Part shown: positions 8,938-19,257 of the stretch, one piece after another
Position numbering within the stretch: the first letter of the stretch is position 1
Layout of the letters: every line of letters starts with the position of its first letter
NCBI GenBank assembly: GCA_945910395.1
Contig: CAMDYX010000007.1
Location: 3,588-67,587 of the forward strand
Source: an uncultured Agathobacter sp.
GTDB taxonomy: Bacteria; Bacillota; Clostridia; Lachnospirales; Lachnospiraceae
DNA length: 64,000 bases
Direction: 5' to 3'
Position numbers and translations under genes: made by a program
The notes under the pieces: generated by a model
What the model was told of the DNA's origin: nothing
What the model saw: the letters and a program-made list of their open reading frames with translations, nothing else
The model's database searches: none

Positions 8938-9839
8938 AAACACCAACCGTATCCGTCATCATGGGTGTCTATAACCTATGGGACGAGGAAATCTTACAGG
9001 AAGCAGTAAATTCCATATTGAATCAGACCTTTTCGGACTTTGAGTTTATCATCTGGGATGATGGCTCTCATCCGGATGCCGCAAAGCTTTTACAGAAGCT
9101 GCCGGGGCAGGATGGGCGAATTATTCTGGCAGGAAAAGAGGAAAACAGAGGTCTTGCCTATAGCCTCAATGAATGCATTCGTTTAGCAAAAGGAAGGTAT
9201 ATCGCAAGAATGGATGGGGATGACATCTCTATGCCGGAGAGATTGGAAAAGCAGGTGATGTTTTTGGAAAATCATCCGGAGTATGGCTGGTGCGGTACAA
9301 ATACAAAGCTTTTTGATGAGAACGGAGTCTGGGGAATGCGACCGATGCCGGAAGTGCCAAGCATGATGGATTATTTTCACTATTCACCCTATGTTCATCC
9401 TTCTGTCATGTTTCGGGCAGAGCTTTTCGATGAAGATCAGGGGTATCTGGCAACAGAAGAAACCTTACGATGCGAGGATTATGAGATTTTTATGAATCTC
9501 GTGGAGCGTGGGCAGAAGGGTTACAACCTACAGGAAGAACTATTCTGTTATCGGGAAACCAGAGAATCCTATAGGAAAAGAAAACCGCATTTCCGTATCA
9601 ATGAGGCTAAAACCAGATATCGCAATTATAAGAAGCTGGGAATATTGTTTCCGTTTGGGTGGATTTATGTGCTCCGCCCTATAATTGCAATTTTTGTACC
9701 GGCAAAACTGGTGGAAATCTTGAAAAGGACACAAGGAAAGCATGGCTTATCAGAAAAGAATAGAGAAGTATCGGAGAATTCTATCCCAGAGACAGGATCT
9801 TTTGCTTCCTATCGAGGAGTGCCGGAATCAGCACGATGA
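8934..9839 (+). CDS. GT2 glycosyltransferase (EpsE-like)
   Basis: VSVIMGVYN, DDGS, YIARMDGDD, CEDY; ATGA overlap with the GT4 gene. Confidence 0.9.
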   Translation: MKTPTVSVIMGVYNLWDEEILQEAVNSILNQTFSDFEFIIWDDGSHPDAAKLLQKLPGQDGRIILAGKEENRGLAYSLNECIRLAKGRYIARMDGDDISMPERLEKQVMFLENHPEYGWCGTNTKLFDENGVWGMRPMPEVPSMMDYFHYSPYVHPSVMFRAELFDEDQGYLATEETLRCEDYEIFMNLVERGQKGYNLQEELFCYRETRESYRKRKPHFRINEAKTRYRNYKKLGILFPFGWIYVLRPIIAIFVPAKLVEILKRTQGKHGLSEKNREVSENSIPETGSFASYRGVPESAR

Positions 9840-12021
9840 AAACTTATCGGTATTGGAGCTAAGTTTTCTATATGTTCTGGCACCCACCATAATCGAATAT
9901 GTCAACTGGGTATTAAAGACAGCAATTTCACAAGGGAAAAAGCGACTGTACTTTTTAGCAAGAGATGGATATCTGATGTATCAGCTGGCAAAAAGAATGG
10001 CAGAGGACCGGAAGCTGGATATCGAAATCCGATATTTGGAGGTTTCCAGATATGCCATACGATCCGCGGAATATTACTTTTTGGGCCCCAAGTCCTTAGA
10101 AACAATCTGTGTCGGAGGAATTGATATCACCTTCGAAAAAATCATGAAACGGGCGCTTCTTACAGACGAAGAAGCAAAAGAAATCGCAAGGCTGGCAGGA
10201 TATGAAGAACGCTATAAGGAAGGATTAAATTACAGGCAGATTCAAAGTTTAAAAGAGATACTGCGCAAGCTTCCGGAATTGTTTCAATATATAGGGCGGC
10301 ATTCAAAGGAATGCTATCAGAATGTATGCGGCTATCTGAAGCAGGAAGGACTGTTTGAAAGCATCCCCTATGCACTGGTGGACAGCGGATGGATCGGGAC
10401 GCTTCAGATGAGCATACAAAACGTAATCGCTCATGAAACAAAAACAGACCAAAAGGTTTGCGGATACTATTTTGGACTCTATGAAATTCCAAAAGAAGCA
10501 GAGGAAGGACAGTATCAAAGCTATTATTTTGGCCCCAAAGCTGTAAAACGGAAAATCTATTTTTCAAACTGTTTTTTCGAAACCGTTTTCTCCGCTTTGC
10601 AGGGAATGACCATGGGGTATGAATGGAAGGAACAGGCTTACTTGCCTGTATATAGTGAAAAGAAAAATCCAAACGGAAAAGAAATCCAACGCTTCAAAAG
10701 GCTGCTGCTTGATTTTGGAGACAGCTATTTAAGCTATGAACACGTATCGGATATCCTGTGGGAGCAGGAAGGAAAACAGGTTGTACCAGAATTGCTGAAG
10801 CTTTTTATGGGTACTCCGACTTATGAGGAAGCAAAAAGCTATGGAAGATTACAGTTTTGCGATGATGTGTTAGAGCTTCAAATGCAAAACGTAGCAGCAG
10901 AATGGGACAAAGAGGAATTAAGAAATCAGAGATTTTTACGGAAAACCCTGATTCGCTTAAATAAAATCAAAGAACAATTGCATGACAGCGCATGGCCGGA
11001 AGGCTCCATTGTTCTGCTGGGGGAAAGGGTACGAAAAAGCCTTCGTCAGGAACGGATGTACAAGCGCTTTATGTATATGCGGAAGGCTATGGGAGTAAAA
11101 GATATTCAAGGGAAAAACTCCAATAAAAACATGGAAATAAGAGAACTAGAAGAAAAGAAAAACAGTAAAATGCATCAAAATCAAGAGCATAGCAATGCTG
11201 TAAATTCCAAAAAACGTGTTAATCGAAGAAAGAAAATCAAATCTGCAATTAAAAGGAAAAACGATTTGAAACAGTATGCGTTTGTCATACAGGAACTTAC
11301 CTCCAGGGAAATCAAAAGGAAGTATGCAAGGAGCTCGCTGGGAATCATATGGAGTGTACTGAATCCGCTTTTACATATGATTGTAATGTCATTAATCTTC
11401 TCAACTATGTTTCGAAGATCCATCGAGAATTTCCCAATCTATTATCTGACCGGGCATATTATATGGGATTTGTTTAGTCAGGCAACAAATGCTTCTATGA
11501 CATCATTAGTAGATAATAAGAGTCTGCTCATTAAAGCAAAGCTGCCCAAACAGGTGTTTATATTGTCAAGAATATATACCTCGCTGGTTAATCTTGGATA
11601 TACATGTATTCCATATGTGATTATGTTATTTGTTTTTAGAATCAGGTTTTCTTGGAGTATGTTACTATTTCCGGTTGCTATTAGTTTTACATTAATCTTT
11701 TCTATGGGAATCGGATACCTGTTGTCTGTAACATATGTATTCTTCGCAGATATAAAATATCTGTATTCCGTCTTATTGACGCTACTTATGTATTTGTCTG
11801 CACTCTTTTATCCTATATCGCAGCTTCCGGAAGCAATGCAGACCTTTATCGGCTGTAATCCGGTATATGTATCCATTGCATTCACCAGAGAATGCATGAT
11901 GTATGGAAATGTTCCGGAACCGATGCTGTGGATCAAGCTGATTGCCTGGAGTGTAGGAAGTCTTGCTCTGGGACTTGCGGTATTCAAAGCCAAGGAAAAT
12001 AAAGTCATGCAAAAGGTATAA
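9742..12021 (+). CDS. Fusion: phosphoribosyltransferase-like glycan domain plus Wzm/TagG ABC permease
   Basis: N-terminal YFLARDG, SR and VDSGWIGT motifs shared with 13856 and 21806. The C-terminal ~255 aa has REIKRKYARSSLGIIWSVLNPLL and about six TM segments. Confidence 0.75.
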   Translation: MAYQKRIEKYRRILSQRQDLLLPIEECRNQHDENLSVLELSFLYVLAPTIIEYVNWVLKTAISQGKKRLYFLARDGYLMYQLAKRMAEDRKLDIEIRYLEVSRYAIRSAEYYFLGPKSLETICVGGIDITFEKIMKRALLTDEEAKEIARLAGYEERYKEGLNYRQIQSLKEILRKLPELFQYIGRHSKECYQNVCGYLKQEGLFESIPYALVDSGWIGTLQMSIQNVIAHETKTDQKVCGYYFGLYEIPKEAEEGQYQSYYFGPKAVKRKIYFSNCFFETVFSALQGMTMGYEWKEQAYLPVYSEKKNPNGKEIQRFKRLLLDFGDSYLSYEHVSDILWEQEGKQVVPELLKLFMGTPTYEEAKSYGRLQFCDDVLELQMQNVAAEWDKEELRNQRFLRKTLIRLNKIKEQLHDSAWPEGSIVLLGERVRKSLRQERMYKRFMYMRKAMGVKDIQGKNSNKNMEIRELEEKKNSKMHQNQEHSNAVNSKKRVNRRKKIKSAIKRKNDLKQYAFVIQELTSREIKRKYARSSLGIIWSVLNPLLHMIVMSLIFSTMFRRSIENFPIYYLTGHIIWDLFSQATNASMTSLVDNKSLLIKAKLPKQVFILSRIYTSLVNLGYTCIPYVIMLFVFRIRFSWSMLLFPVAISFTLIFSMGIGYLLSVTYVFFADIKYLYSVLLTLLMYLSALFYPISQLPEAMQTFIGCNPVYVSIAFTRECMMYGNVPEPMLWIKLIAWSVGSLALGLAVFKAKENKVMQKV

Positions 12022-12033
12022 GTTTTTGTAGTT

Positions 12034-13776
12034 ATGAGATTGTTTAAAGCAAAATATTTTCAAAAAAATAGAAAGAAAAAATACGCTACTTGTAGCCCCT
12101 TTGTGAGGGCTTTCCTGGCAGTTGTATTATCCATCCTCTTGGCATGGAATCTGGAACCGGTATATGCCGCAGAAGCAACGGTACATTATGGTTCAAACTG
12201 GTACAACAAGAGGAATGGGCAGACCTTTCCAATCGGATTGTATATCGACAGCAATGAAACAATTGGTACTTACCACATTGAACTGAAATATGACCAGCTT
12301 CGTATGAACTATGTAAGTGGTGCAGATGAAGTGGATGAAGAAAACGGTATCCTGACATTTGATGGAAACGGAAATGGAAGAGAAGTAAAGCTCTGGCTTC
12401 AATTTACCGCAATCAGCGGAGGAGACACTCAATTTGAGGTGATAAGTGCAGAAGCGTATCCGGCAAACGATGAGTTCACCGCTTTTGACATAACCAACAA
12501 TGGAGTGGTGGAAATCCATATTGAAGGAGAAGACACCGCAGCAGCCATCTATGAGCAGATGGAGCTGGAGCGTCAGGAAGAGGAACGGCTTCTGCAAGAA
12601 CAGCTTGCAGCCCAGGAAGAATCGGAACGGTTGGAAAGAGAAGAAGCCGAGCGGCTGGAAGCGGAGCGCATAGAGGCAGAACGTCAGGCTGCACTTGCAG
12701 CACAAAACAGCGAGGCAGGCGTAGAAGATGGGAAAGAAAAGCATCAATCCATCTTTTTTAATATCTTCTTCGTTATTTTTGCGGCAATTGTGCTTTTGAT
12801 TATCCTTGTTGAAGTTGTAATCTGGAATCTTCTTAAAGTGAGAAGAAGAAAAAAGGAAAGCAACGGAAACAGTCAAAGCAGAAATAAGATAAATAAAACC
12901 AATAAGGGAAAAAGGAAATTCAATGAACCGGAAAATTTGGATGTAGACATCATTGATTTTGTAAATGAGGAAGCTTTGCAGGATGATTTGAGAATGTCCG
13001 TGCAGACCCTTCTCGAAAATGAGCAGAAGAAGCAAGAACTTGGAGAACCGGTGATTCGAATCTGTGATGTCACGATGGAATTTCATCTCTCTTCCGTAAA
13101 TCCTTCCGGGTTAAAAGAATACTTAATTCAGGTGCTTAAAAGAGAGGTGTCCTACCGAAGACTTTTCGCATTGTATCACGTGAGCTTTGATGTGTTTAAA
13201 GGTGAAATTGTTGGAATCATCGGAACCAATGGCTCCGGAAAATCCACACTCCTAAAAATTGTATCGGGAGCATTAAAACCTACAAGTGGTCATGTGGAGG
13301 TGGATCGAAGAAAAATCCAGCTTCTTACACTGGGAACCGGATTCGATATGGAGCTGACCGCAAGAGAGAATGTGTTTTTGAATGGCTCCATTATCGGATA
13401 CAGCAGAGAATTCTTAGAATCTCATTATGATGAAATTGTGGAGTTCGCGGAGTTACAGGATTTCATGGAAGAAAAGGTCAAGAACTTCTCCAGCGGTATG
13501 GTCAGTCGACTTGGATTTGCAATCGCAACCGCAGGGGATGCGGCGGAGATTCTGATTCTGGATGAGGTGTTAAGTGTCGGAGATGAGTTCTTCCGAAAGA
13601 AGAGCTTAAAGCGCGTAAAGGAAATGATACATGGTGGCAGCACGGTACTTATGGTAAGCCATGGCATGGGAACCATTCTTGATAACTGCACGAAGTGTGT
13701 ATGGATTGAGAAGGGTGAACTGAGGATGATTGGGGAGCCGAAGGTGGTGTGCGAGGAATATCAAATGATGAAATGA
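12034..13776 (+). CDS. Fusion: extracellular cohesin-like domain, coiled coil, TM and Wzt/TagH ATPase
   Basis: Signal-like N-terminus ending VYA-A, beta-rich domain with LKYD, E/R/Q-rich stalk, TM, then GTNGSGKST, FSSGM and LILDEVLSVGD. Confidence 0.8.
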   Translation: MRLFKAKYFQKNRKKKYATCSPFVRAFLAVVLSILLAWNLEPVYAAEATVHYGSNWYNKRNGQTFPIGLYIDSNETIGTYHIELKYDQLRMNYVSGADEVDEENGILTFDGNGNGREVKLWLQFTAISGGDTQFEVISAEAYPANDEFTAFDITNNGVVEIHIEGEDTAAAIYEQMELERQEEERLLQEQLAAQEESERLEREEAERLEAERIEAERQAALAAQNSEAGVEDGKEKHQSIFFNIFFVIFAAIVLLIILVEVVIWNLLKVRRRKKESNGNSQSRNKINKTNKGKRKFNEPENLDVDIIDFVNEEALQDDLRMSVQTLLENEQKKQELGEPVIRICDVTMEFHLSSVNPSGLKEYLIQVLKREVSYRRLFALYHVSFDVFKGEIVGIIGTNGSGKSTLLKIVSGALKPTSGHVEVDRRKIQLLTLGTGFDMELTARENVFLNGSIIGYSREFLESHYDEIVEFAELQDFMEEKVKNFSSGMVSRLGFAIATAGDAAEILILDEVLSVGDEFFRKKSLKRVKEMIHGGSTVLMVSHGMGTILDNCTKCVWIEKGELRMIGEPKVVCEEYQMMK

Positions 13777-13855
13777 GAATAGAAAAAGAATGATTGCTCT
13801 TATATAGGTTTATTATGAAAAAAGTATAGGCAAAGAGGAATACTGAGGAGAAATT

Positions 13856-16800
13856 GTGATGTTAATATCATTAATCGTTTTTTGGAAAGAGGATGACACA
13901 AAGGATATTATAAGAAGTCTTAATAGTATAATTAAGCAACCTTGTAAAGAATATGAAGTAATCATAATAGATTGTAAGTATGACAGTAGAGAAAGTATTA
14001 GAGGGTTCTTTCCCAAGAATCAGAAAGTATCCTATTATGCATGTCAAAATGATGCAACAGAAATGGAGCAGATTCTTTTTTCAAGGGAAAAGGCAGCAGG
14101 AGATTATCTGCAGTTTATGGATTCTGGAGACTACTTGCAAGTTGACTGGTTGTATCAGATCATGCGGCATATAGAAAAAAGTACGGATTTAATCATTGGA
14201 AGTCAAAATTATATTAGGAATGAAAGTGAATTATTCTATTTCAATTTTTCTATTAATAGATACCTGAAACAGGGAAGAATAGAAAAAAATAAATTTCTGA
14301 ATATTTATCTGATGCACGGAGGAGAGAATCGGGCATTACTATCTCTAAATAACAAAGTAATAAAAACAACTTTATTATCAGAGATTTTAAAAAATATAAA
14401 TTTTATAGAAATAAATAATATTTATGCTATAGAATATCTTGTGTTTTGCCTTTTTTGCCAAGCAAAGGAAATTTGGAACGAAAAAGAAACTAACTATATA
14501 TATAATATAAAAAAAGAATGGCAGAGATATTTCTGTGGATACGAAAAATGTATTGATGACTTGGAACAGTTTCTTTCAGATATTGAAAGTCAACTATATA
14601 CGGAAAGTAAAGAGAAAGTGGATCAGGCATGGAAGCGTGAATGGTATAAAGAACTTTATAAAAGGCTCACAGATATTTTCCCTGATAAGCAAAATGAAAT
14701 TAGTAAGCGAATGAATGAAAAAGCAGGAGAAAAGATATCAGTTACACATGAAACATCCTTTTTTGAATCTGCAAGTACTGTATTGGGTGAAAGTTATCAG
14801 TACTATGAACAGATGAAGGAATTTATTGCTAGTGAAGAATGTGAATATGTTGGATTTGATATTTTTGATACTTTAATCCAGCGCCCATTCTGGGAACCTA
14901 CAGATTTATTTTATTTATTGAATGATAAATTTAATGAATTGCTTGGAGAGGAAACCTGTATTGATTTTTCTCTCATGCGTAAAAATGGGGAGTCTGCCTG
15001 CAGAGGCTATTATAGCAACGTCAGGCCATCAAATGAAGATGTGACGTTGGATGAAATCTATTGCTATATTTCTGATTTTTACGGAATTGACAGGAAAATC
15101 ACAGATGAGTTGGAGAAGTATGAAATTCAGTTAGAATTAAAATATTGTAGAGAAAGAAAAATAGGAAAAGAATTATTCGATTGGGCTGGCTATTGTGGAA
15201 AGATAATTTTTATTGCTTCTGATATGTATCTACCGATAGAGATAATTAGAAAAATTCTGGAGCAGAACGGGTTAAATGGTTACCAGAAACTATATCTTTC
15301 AAATGACATTGGAATATCTAAATATTCAGGAAGTTTATTTGATTATATTATAAAAGATTTAGGTATAGAGGATTTTTCTTCCGTGTGTTTTATAGGCGAT
15401 AATTATGGGGTTGATTTTGTAAATTCACAAAAGAGGGGAATGATTCCTTTTCATGTGCCAAAAGCAACGGAGTTGTTTCAGGGAATGAATGGTGCTATTT
15501 ATTCTGGCAAATTTTTTGAAAAAATATATCAGCCCAATGGTGGAATTATTGATCAGGGAACTGTTATGAAATTTATTGGAATCCGTTGTATGATGGCAGT
15601 GGTTGCAAATCAGATTTATGGCAACCCATTTGTGAATTTTAATAAAGAAAGTGATTTTAATGCGGATCCGGAATTTATTGGTTATTATTGTGCCGGAATG
15701 TTTTTATTTGCGGAGGCAAAATGGCTGATTTTGCAAAGCTGTGAACGGGAAATCAAAACGATTCATTTTGTATCGAGAGATGGCTTCTATATAAAAAAGG
15801 CATATGATAAACTTCACACAATTTTTAAAGAAGGGGCAGCGTCAAATTATCTTTATTTCTCAAGAAAGGCAGTTGCACCGCTTTTTCTTGGACATAAAGA
15901 AGGAATTTATGAATTGTTTCTTCCACCGCATGTTTTGAGCCAGACACCGGAAAGTGTAGTAAAGCTTCTGGAGCATGTTGTAATAAAAGACAAAGATTGT
16001 AAAAGAATTTTAAAAGAGGCGGGTATTGCACCAGAAAAGAAATTCAGAAGTATGCATGAGTTTTATATTTTTGCAAAGGTGTTTGAAGAAAAACTCTATG
16101 ATGAAAAAGCAGCAAAAAAATATTCTGATATGTTATACCGGCATTTTAAAAGAATTATTCAAGAAGGTGACGTAATTTGTGATGTTGGATATAGTGGAAG
16201 AATGGAAACAGCATTAACAAAACTTTTAGGATTTCCTGTTTCTTCTTATTATTTTCATGAACATGAACCATGGGCATTGATGAGAAAAAGAAGTATGAAT
16301 TTTCATATTGAATCATTCTATTCTTTTAAACCATGCTCTGCATTCGTACTTAGAGAACAGTTATTTACTCCTAGTCAGGCATCCTGTATCGGATTTGAAG
16401 AGAAAGAAGGAAGTGTGCAGCCTGTTTTTGGAACTTATCATGCGGCATTTAAAGAAGAATTTATCCTTGATATTATACAAAATAGCAGTATCCGCTTTAT
16501 AGAAGATATGCTTCAGATATTTGGAACAGATCTTAAAATGCTTGATTTTAATCGTTTTGATGCATGTATTCCATTGGAATATTATCTTCATTATGCAAAG
16601 AAATTTGACCGGAAGGTATTATCAGCAATTGCTTTTGAGGATGAATTTGGAACTAACGCAGTGATGTCGATGCAGGATTATTGGATAAAAGAAAGCAAGA
16701 CATATTTGTTGAGTCAAGAGCCTAAAGTTGTTGAAAAAGTGGTGGTACAGCGGGAACCTGTAAATGAACAGGAGATAAGAGAGGAAATTAGAGCAGAAAT

Positions 16801-16948
16801 CATAAACAACGAAAGATTACAGGCTGGTGAATCAATTTACAGTGAAGGAATCTACGTAAAATTATTTAGGTCTTTGAATAAATTATTACCGATAGGTAGC
16901 AGACGCCGGAATTTTGTAAAGCGTATTGCAGGTGTATTGATACATTAA
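13856..16948 (+). CDS. Degenerate GT2-like domain, HAD phosphatase and PRT-like domain (ribofuranosyltransferase-like)
   Basis: FDIFDTL, SDMYL, IGDN, FVSRDG, SRK, DVGYSG; AT-rich DNA. Confidence 0.7.
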   Translation: MMLISLIVFWKEDDTKDIIRSLNSIIKQPCKEYEVIIIDCKYDSRESIRGFFPKNQKVSYYACQNDATEMEQILFSREKAAGDYLQFMDSGDYLQVDWLYQIMRHIEKSTDLIIGSQNYIRNESELFYFNFSINRYLKQGRIEKNKFLNIYLMHGGENRALLSLNNKVIKTTLLSEILKNINFIEINNIYAIEYLVFCLFCQAKEIWNEKETNYIYNIKKEWQRYFCGYEKCIDDLEQFLSDIESQLYTESKEKVDQAWKREWYKELYKRLTDIFPDKQNEISKRMNEKAGEKISVTHETSFFESASTVLGESYQYYEQMKEFIASEECEYVGFDIFDTLIQRPFWEPTDLFYLLNDKFNELLGEETCIDFSLMRKNGESACRGYYSNVRPSNEDVTLDEIYCYISDFYGIDRKITDELEKYEIQLELKYCRERKIGKELFDWAGYCGKIIFIASDMYLPIEIIRKILEQNGLNGYQKLYLSNDIGISKYSGSLFDYIIKDLGIEDFSSVCFIGDNYGVDFVNSQKRGMIPFHVPKATELFQGMNGAIYSGKFFEKIYQPNGGIIDQGTVMKFIGIRCMMAVVANQIYGNPFVNFNKESDFNADPEFIGYYCAGMFLFAEAKWLILQSCEREIKTIHFVSRDGFYIKKAYDKLHTIFKEGAASNYLYFSRKAVAPLFLGHKEGIYELFLPPHVLSQTPESVVKLLEHVVIKDKDCKRILKEAGIAPEKKFRSMHEFYIFAKVFEEKLYDEKAAKKYSDMLYRHFKRIIQEGDVICDVGYSGRMETALTKLLGFPVSSYYFHEHEPWALMRKRSMNFHIESFYSFKPCSAFVLREQLFTPSQASCIGFEEKEGSVQPVFGTYHAAFKEEFILDIIQNSSIRFIEDMLQIFGTDLKMLDFNRFDACIPLEYYLHYAKKFDRKVLSAIAFEDEFGTNAVMSMQDYWIKESKTYLLSQEPKVVEKVVVQREPVNEQEIREEIRAEIINNERLQAGESIYSEGIYVKLFRSLNKLLPIGSRRRNFVKRIAGVLIH

Positions 16949-16995
16949 GGAAAAGTCATATAGATACGATATAAATAAAGCAGGAGAAAACATCT

Positions 16996-19119
16996 ATGGA
17001 GAAAATTGTAAGCATTCGAGATCATCTGTGTACGGGATGTAGTGCTTGTAAAAATATCTGCCCGGTATCAGCGATAGAAATGCATCTGAATGAAACCGGT
17101 TTTTTGGTTCCACAGATAGAGGGTACTCAATGTATAGAGTGTGGTAAGTGTGATCAGGTATGTCCCGTTCTTCATCAGGAAGACCGGGTTTTACCACAAT
17201 GCTATGCGGTATGGGCAAAGGAAGAAACGCGTTTGAAAAGCTCATCAGGTGGTTTTTTTTCTGTGATTGCAGAAAGAATACTGAAAGAAAATGGTGTTGT
17301 GTTTGGCGCTGCATGGACGAAGGATTTTTTTGTAAAACATATTTTTATTGAGTCTGTTAGTGAATTAGATTTGTTATGTCGTTCGAAATATGCACAGAGT
17401 GATTTGGGGGATTCTTATCAACAGGTAAAAGAATTCTTAAATAATGGACGAAAAGTTTTGTTTGTTGGTACCCCATGTCAGGTTGCAGGTCTGGATGCTT
17501 TTTTGGGACAAACGAATCGGGGAAATCTGTTGATGATAGATTTTATTTGTTATTATAATCCCCCGATTTCTTATGTGAGAAAATATCTGAATGAAAAATA
17601 TGGTTTGGAACAGTTGGAAGAATTTACATTTCGTGATAAAACCTATGGTTGGGTATCTCATCCGACTAAGGCTGTTCTAAAGAATGGAACAGTGGTAACG
17701 GATAAGACGATGGATTCTTTTTTTCAAGGATATTTTAATGCTTTATATGCCAGAGAAGCATGTACAAAATGTACATTTTCCGGTGGAAATCATCATTCCG
17801 ATATGACAATTGGGGATTTCTGGAAAATTGAATCTCATGATGCAAGCTGGAATGATGGAAAAGGAACCAGTATGGTTATCATTCGGACAAGAGGGGCATT
17901 GAGGTACTTTGAAAAAATGAAAACAGATTTTGAACGCAGTGAAAGAGTTCCGATGGAATGGATTCGGGAGGGACAGAATAATTGTAAAAAAGCCCATCCG
18001 GGGAAAGCATATTTTGATGAATTGGTTACATATAAGTGTTTTGATGAAGCGGTTGAGAAAGCACTGGAACATAAATATGACATTGGTTTGGTATGCGTAC
18101 AATCTTATCAAAATTATGGAAGTGCATTTACAAACTATGCACTCTATTGTGTTTTAAAAGATTTGAAATATAGTGTTCTTATTATTACCCAACCGCTATC
18201 TTCCGATATTAAACCAGTTCAAAATGACAATTTTAGGAGGACACCATATAAAGAATACGAGAATGCGAAGCATTATGTTACCAAGGAGGAAATGCAGGAA
18301 TTAAATAATTTCTGTTCCGTGTTTCTTGTTGGCTCCGATCAGCTTTTTAATTATGAAATCTATCGGAAAATAGACGGGTTTATCAAATTGGATTGGGTAG
18401 ATGATGAACATAAAAAAATATCCTATGCTACGTCTTTCGGACAGGATAGAATTCTTGGAACGTTAGAAGAAAGTATTGAATTTAAAAAGAGCTTGTCAAG
18501 ATTTTCAAATATTTCAGTAAGAGAAGAATCTGGTGTTGAACTGTTTCGTAATAACTTCAAAATAGATGCGAAGCAGGTCTTAGATCCTGTTTTTTTATGT
18601 GATGTTTCTCACTATACAGAAATGTGTGATGAATTGGAAAATATGTATGGAAAGATTTTTGCATATATTTTAGATCCGGATATGGAGAAGGCAAACGCAT
18701 TGAAGAAACTGTCTTTAGATTTGGAAAAAGAGATAGTGGCACTTGTTGATCGATGGATGGGAAAAGAATATGTGGAGTCACACTGGGATATACCGACACA
18801 GTTAGCACAGAAAAATGAAGTATGGCTTAAAATGATTATGGACAGTGAATTTGTTTTTACAGACTCTTTTCATGGTATGTGTTTTGCTATTATTTTTGAA
18901 AAACAGTTTGCTGTGATTAATAACAAGAACAGGGGCTCAACAAGATTTATGGCATTACTGGAAAAATTGAATCTAACAGATCGGATTTTTGAAACGGCGG
19001 GGGATTTTATAAGAGATTTTGACAGGAGCAGGAAAATTGATTATGAAAAAGTAAATGCTATTCTGGCGAAGGAGAAAGAGAGAAGCATGGAATGGCTTAT
19101 TGGGGCAATCCGAGAATAA
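16996..19119 (+). CDS. 4Fe-4S/FrhB-like domain fused to polysaccharide pyruvyltransferase family domain
   Basis: Two CxxCxxCxxxCP motifs, SSSGG, SKYAQS, GTPCQ and TIGDFW; then NYG, VGSDQ, SVRE, DPV and TDSFHG. Confidence 0.85.
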   Translation: MEKIVSIRDHLCTGCSACKNICPVSAIEMHLNETGFLVPQIEGTQCIECGKCDQVCPVLHQEDRVLPQCYAVWAKEETRLKSSSGGFFSVIAERILKENGVVFGAAWTKDFFVKHIFIESVSELDLLCRSKYAQSDLGDSYQQVKEFLNNGRKVLFVGTPCQVAGLDAFLGQTNRGNLLMIDFICYYNPPISYVRKYLNEKYGLEQLEEFTFRDKTYGWVSHPTKAVLKNGTVVTDKTMDSFFQGYFNALYAREACTKCTFSGGNHHSDMTIGDFWKIESHDASWNDGKGTSMVIIRTRGALRYFEKMKTDFERSERVPMEWIREGQNNCKKAHPGKAYFDELVTYKCFDEAVEKALEHKYDIGLVCVQSYQNYGSAFTNYALYCVLKDLKYSVLIITQPLSSDIKPVQNDNFRRTPYKEYENAKHYVTKEEMQELNNFCSVFLVGSDQLFNYEIYRKIDGFIKLDWVDDEHKKISYATSFGQDRILGTLEESIEFKKSLSRFSNISVREESGVELFRNNFKIDAKQVLDPVFLCDVSHYTEMCDELENMYGKIFAYILDPDMEKANALKKLSLDLEKEIVALVDRWMGKEYVESHWDIPTQLAQKNEVWLKMIMDSEFVFTDSFHGMCFAIIFEKQFAVINNKNRGSTRFMALLEKLNLTDRIFETAGDFIRDFDRSRKIDYEKVNAILAKEKERSMEWLIGAIRE

Positions 19120-19257
19120 AAATAATGCTATTTCTTAGAATTGCTCTACTAATCACAATATTAGTTTATTCAAAAAGGGGAAATATGATAAAAGTGCTTA
19201 TGTGTGGAGATATGTACAACGCATATTTGTGAAGAAATACAAATTACAGTAAATAAG

